DNA of 64,000 nucleotides from Candidatus Omnitrophota bacterium (GTDB lineage Bacteria; Omnitrophota; Gorgyraeia; Duberdicusellales; 4484-171): NCBI GenBank assembly GCA_021735655.1, contig JAIPGM010000001.1, positions 128,001 to 192,000 of the forward strand, read 5' to 3'. Shown piece by piece: positions 63,039 to 64,000 of this stretch (position 1 is its first letter; each line of letters starts with the position of its first letter). The notes under the pieces were generated by a model. It saw only the letters and a program-made list of their open reading frames with translations, ran no database searches and was not told where the DNA came from. The position numbers and the translations under genes were made by a program.

Positions 63039-63041
63039 AGG

Positions 63042-63070
63042 TTGCTTTAAGACAAGCCTTAAGGTATAAT
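63042..63070 (+). promoter_or_regulatory. Sigma70-like promoter TTGCTT-N17-TATAAT for the downstream SBP gene.
   Basis: -35 at 63042-63047 and -10 at 63065-63070 with exact 17-nt spacing. ATG at 63079 is only 8 nt after the -10, giving a leaderless or near-leaderless transcript. No Shine-Dalgarno visible. Confidence 0.4.
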
Positions 63071-63078
63071 TACTTTCA

Positions 63079-64000
63079 ATGAAGGCAATTAATGGTTTTT
63101 TTCTTGTGCTTTTATTACTTTTTCAACCTTTCCTGACTTATGCCGAATGTCCCTGTGCAAAGAATAAGCCTAAGCATGGCGGAGATTTGGTGTTGTCTAC
63201 GATAACTGACCCTAAATCATTTAATCCGATAGTTTCTAAAGAGGCTAATGTTGGGGCGGTTATGGGGTTAGTTTTTGAAGGGCTAACCCGTACTAATGGT
63301 GTGACAACTGAAGTTGAACCTAATCTTGCTTTGAACTGGGAAGTAGATGAAACCGGCAAAGTTTGGACCTTTAAGTTACGTGAAGATGTAAGCTGGGTAG
63401 ATGGAGAACTATTTACTGCTGACGATGTTGTGTTTACCTTTAACCAGCTTATCTATAATCCGGATATCGATACCAGCGCTCGAGATATCTTTACTATTGA
63501 AGGGAAAATTTTTAAGGTTGAAAAAATCGATAAATTTACCGTAAGATTTACTTTGCCGGTTAAGTTTGCTCCCTTTTTGCGTTCAATGGGCCATGAGATT
63601 ATGCCAAAGCATCTCTTAGAAGATGTGGTTAAACAAGGAAAATTTAACTCTCATTGGGGCTTGGACGCTAAACTTGAAACTATTGTTGGGACCGGTCCCT
63701 ATATGCTTTCAAAGTACTTACCTAGTGAGCGGATAATTTTAATTAGGAATCCCAACTACTGGCGAAAGGATAAACAGAAAAAAAGATTGCCCTATATTGA
63801 AAAAATAACTTACTTAATCGTTCAAAATCAAGATGTAGCTCTCCTAAAGTTTCAGCAGGCTGAGATTGACTACTATGGCCTTCGTGGTCCTGATTATCCA
63901 ATTTTAAAGCCTCAGGAGAAGGAAGGTAATTTTACGGTTTATAATACTGGACTGGGCTTTAGTACTAATTTTTTAGTTTTTAATCAAAATCCTGGAAAAA
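63079..64000 (+). CDS. ABC transporter substrate-binding protein, family 5 (oligopeptide, dipeptide or nickel type). 3' partial.
   Basis: N-terminal signal-like MKAINGFFLVLLLLFQPFLTYA. An in-frame TAA at 63067-63069 precedes the ATG. Conserved SBP_bac_5 style blocks (NPDIDTSARDIF, HEIMPKHLLED, TGPYMLSKYLPSERIILIRNPNYW). Not in the ORF track because it runs off the window. Confidence 0.7.
   Translation, partial: MKAINGFFLVLLLLFQPFLTYAECPCAKNKPKHGGDLVLSTITDPKSFNPIVSKEANVGAVMGLVFEGLTRTNGVTTEVEPNLALNWEVDETGKVWTFKLREDVSWVDGELFTADDVVFTFNQLIYNPDIDTSARDIFTIEGKIFKVEKIDKFTVRFTLPVKFAPFLRSMGHEIMPKHLLEDVVKQGKFNSHWGLDAKLETIVGTGPYMLSKYLPSERIILIRNPNYWRKDKQKKRLPYIEKITYLIVQNQDVALLKFQQAEIDYYGLRGPDYPILKPQEKEGNFTVYNTGLGFSTNFLVFNQNPGK

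Noticed and set aside
516-62819. Idea that the motif DNA (for example cttGATAATGg) hides overlapping TGA-TAA stops plus an ATG in other frames, that is, a disguised stop and restart junction between ordinary genes.
   Set aside because: The out-of-frame TAA, TAG and ATG are an automatic consequence of Leu-Asp-Asn-Gly codons (YTN-GAY-AAY-GGN). They are absent when GAC is used (for example ctcgacaatggc at 41667 and 20343). All modules are in the same frame as the motif, so no frame switch would bring the stops into play.
63036-63078. Rho-independent terminator between the giant ORF and the SBP gene (palindromes CTTTAAG and CCTTAAGG).
   Set aside because: The palindromes are 6-8 nt AT-rich restriction-site-like sequences with no GC-rich stem and no U-tract. 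The space is occupied by the -35 and -10 promoter elements.
434-63359. About 34 minus-strand and alternative-frame ORFs of 60-128 aa in the six-frame track (for example 434-655, 14699-15073, 56975-57361, 63138-63359).
   Set aside because: All lie inside the giant plus-strand frame or the SBP gene. They have low-complexity translations and no recognisable motifs. They are the expected shadow ORFs of a long AT-rich coding strand.
1-64000. CRISPR arrays, rRNA or tRNA genes, transposase genes.
   Set aside because: No direct-repeat and spacer periodicity at the DNA level. The only DNA repeats are the three element copies and the junction similarities. No transposase or integrase-like module was recognised. 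No rRNA-like conserved stretches.

Overview
Almost the whole window is one stop-free reading frame (frame 3, nt 3..63038, at least 21,011 codons, open at the left edge, TGA at 63036-63038). It cannot be a single conventional protein. It reads as about 60 protein-sized modules joined head to tail, most of them recognisable enzymes, membrane proteins or regulators. Each junction carries the same short peptide, P-L-D-N-G followed usually by K or R. I located 62 such sites, including three PLNNG variants and one PFDNG variant. The motif is conserved at the amino-acid level while its codons vary, so the constraint is on the peptide, not on a DNA repeat. Several modules keep features of free-standing proteins (a twin-arginine signal peptide, N-terminal membrane anchors), which fits a polyprotein that is cut or separately released at these sites. 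I propose this as the candidate undescribed system: a giant bacterial polyprotein or recoding locus punctuated by a PLDN|G(K/R) motif. Module content is dominated by glycan and small-molecule chemistry. A second independent signal is an in-frame palindromic element of about 85 nt in two full copies and one partial copy. Its sequence is conserved at the nucleotide level across different reading frames, and its stems differ between copies by compensatory changes. Eleven micro-modules of 2-68 aa flanked by linkers are also present. The last 1 kb holds a conventional gene for an ABC-transporter substrate-binding protein with a sigma70-like promoter of ideal spacing. I cannot exclude that the construct is engineered or chimeric; the module functions are incoherent for one operon, and this is flagged below.
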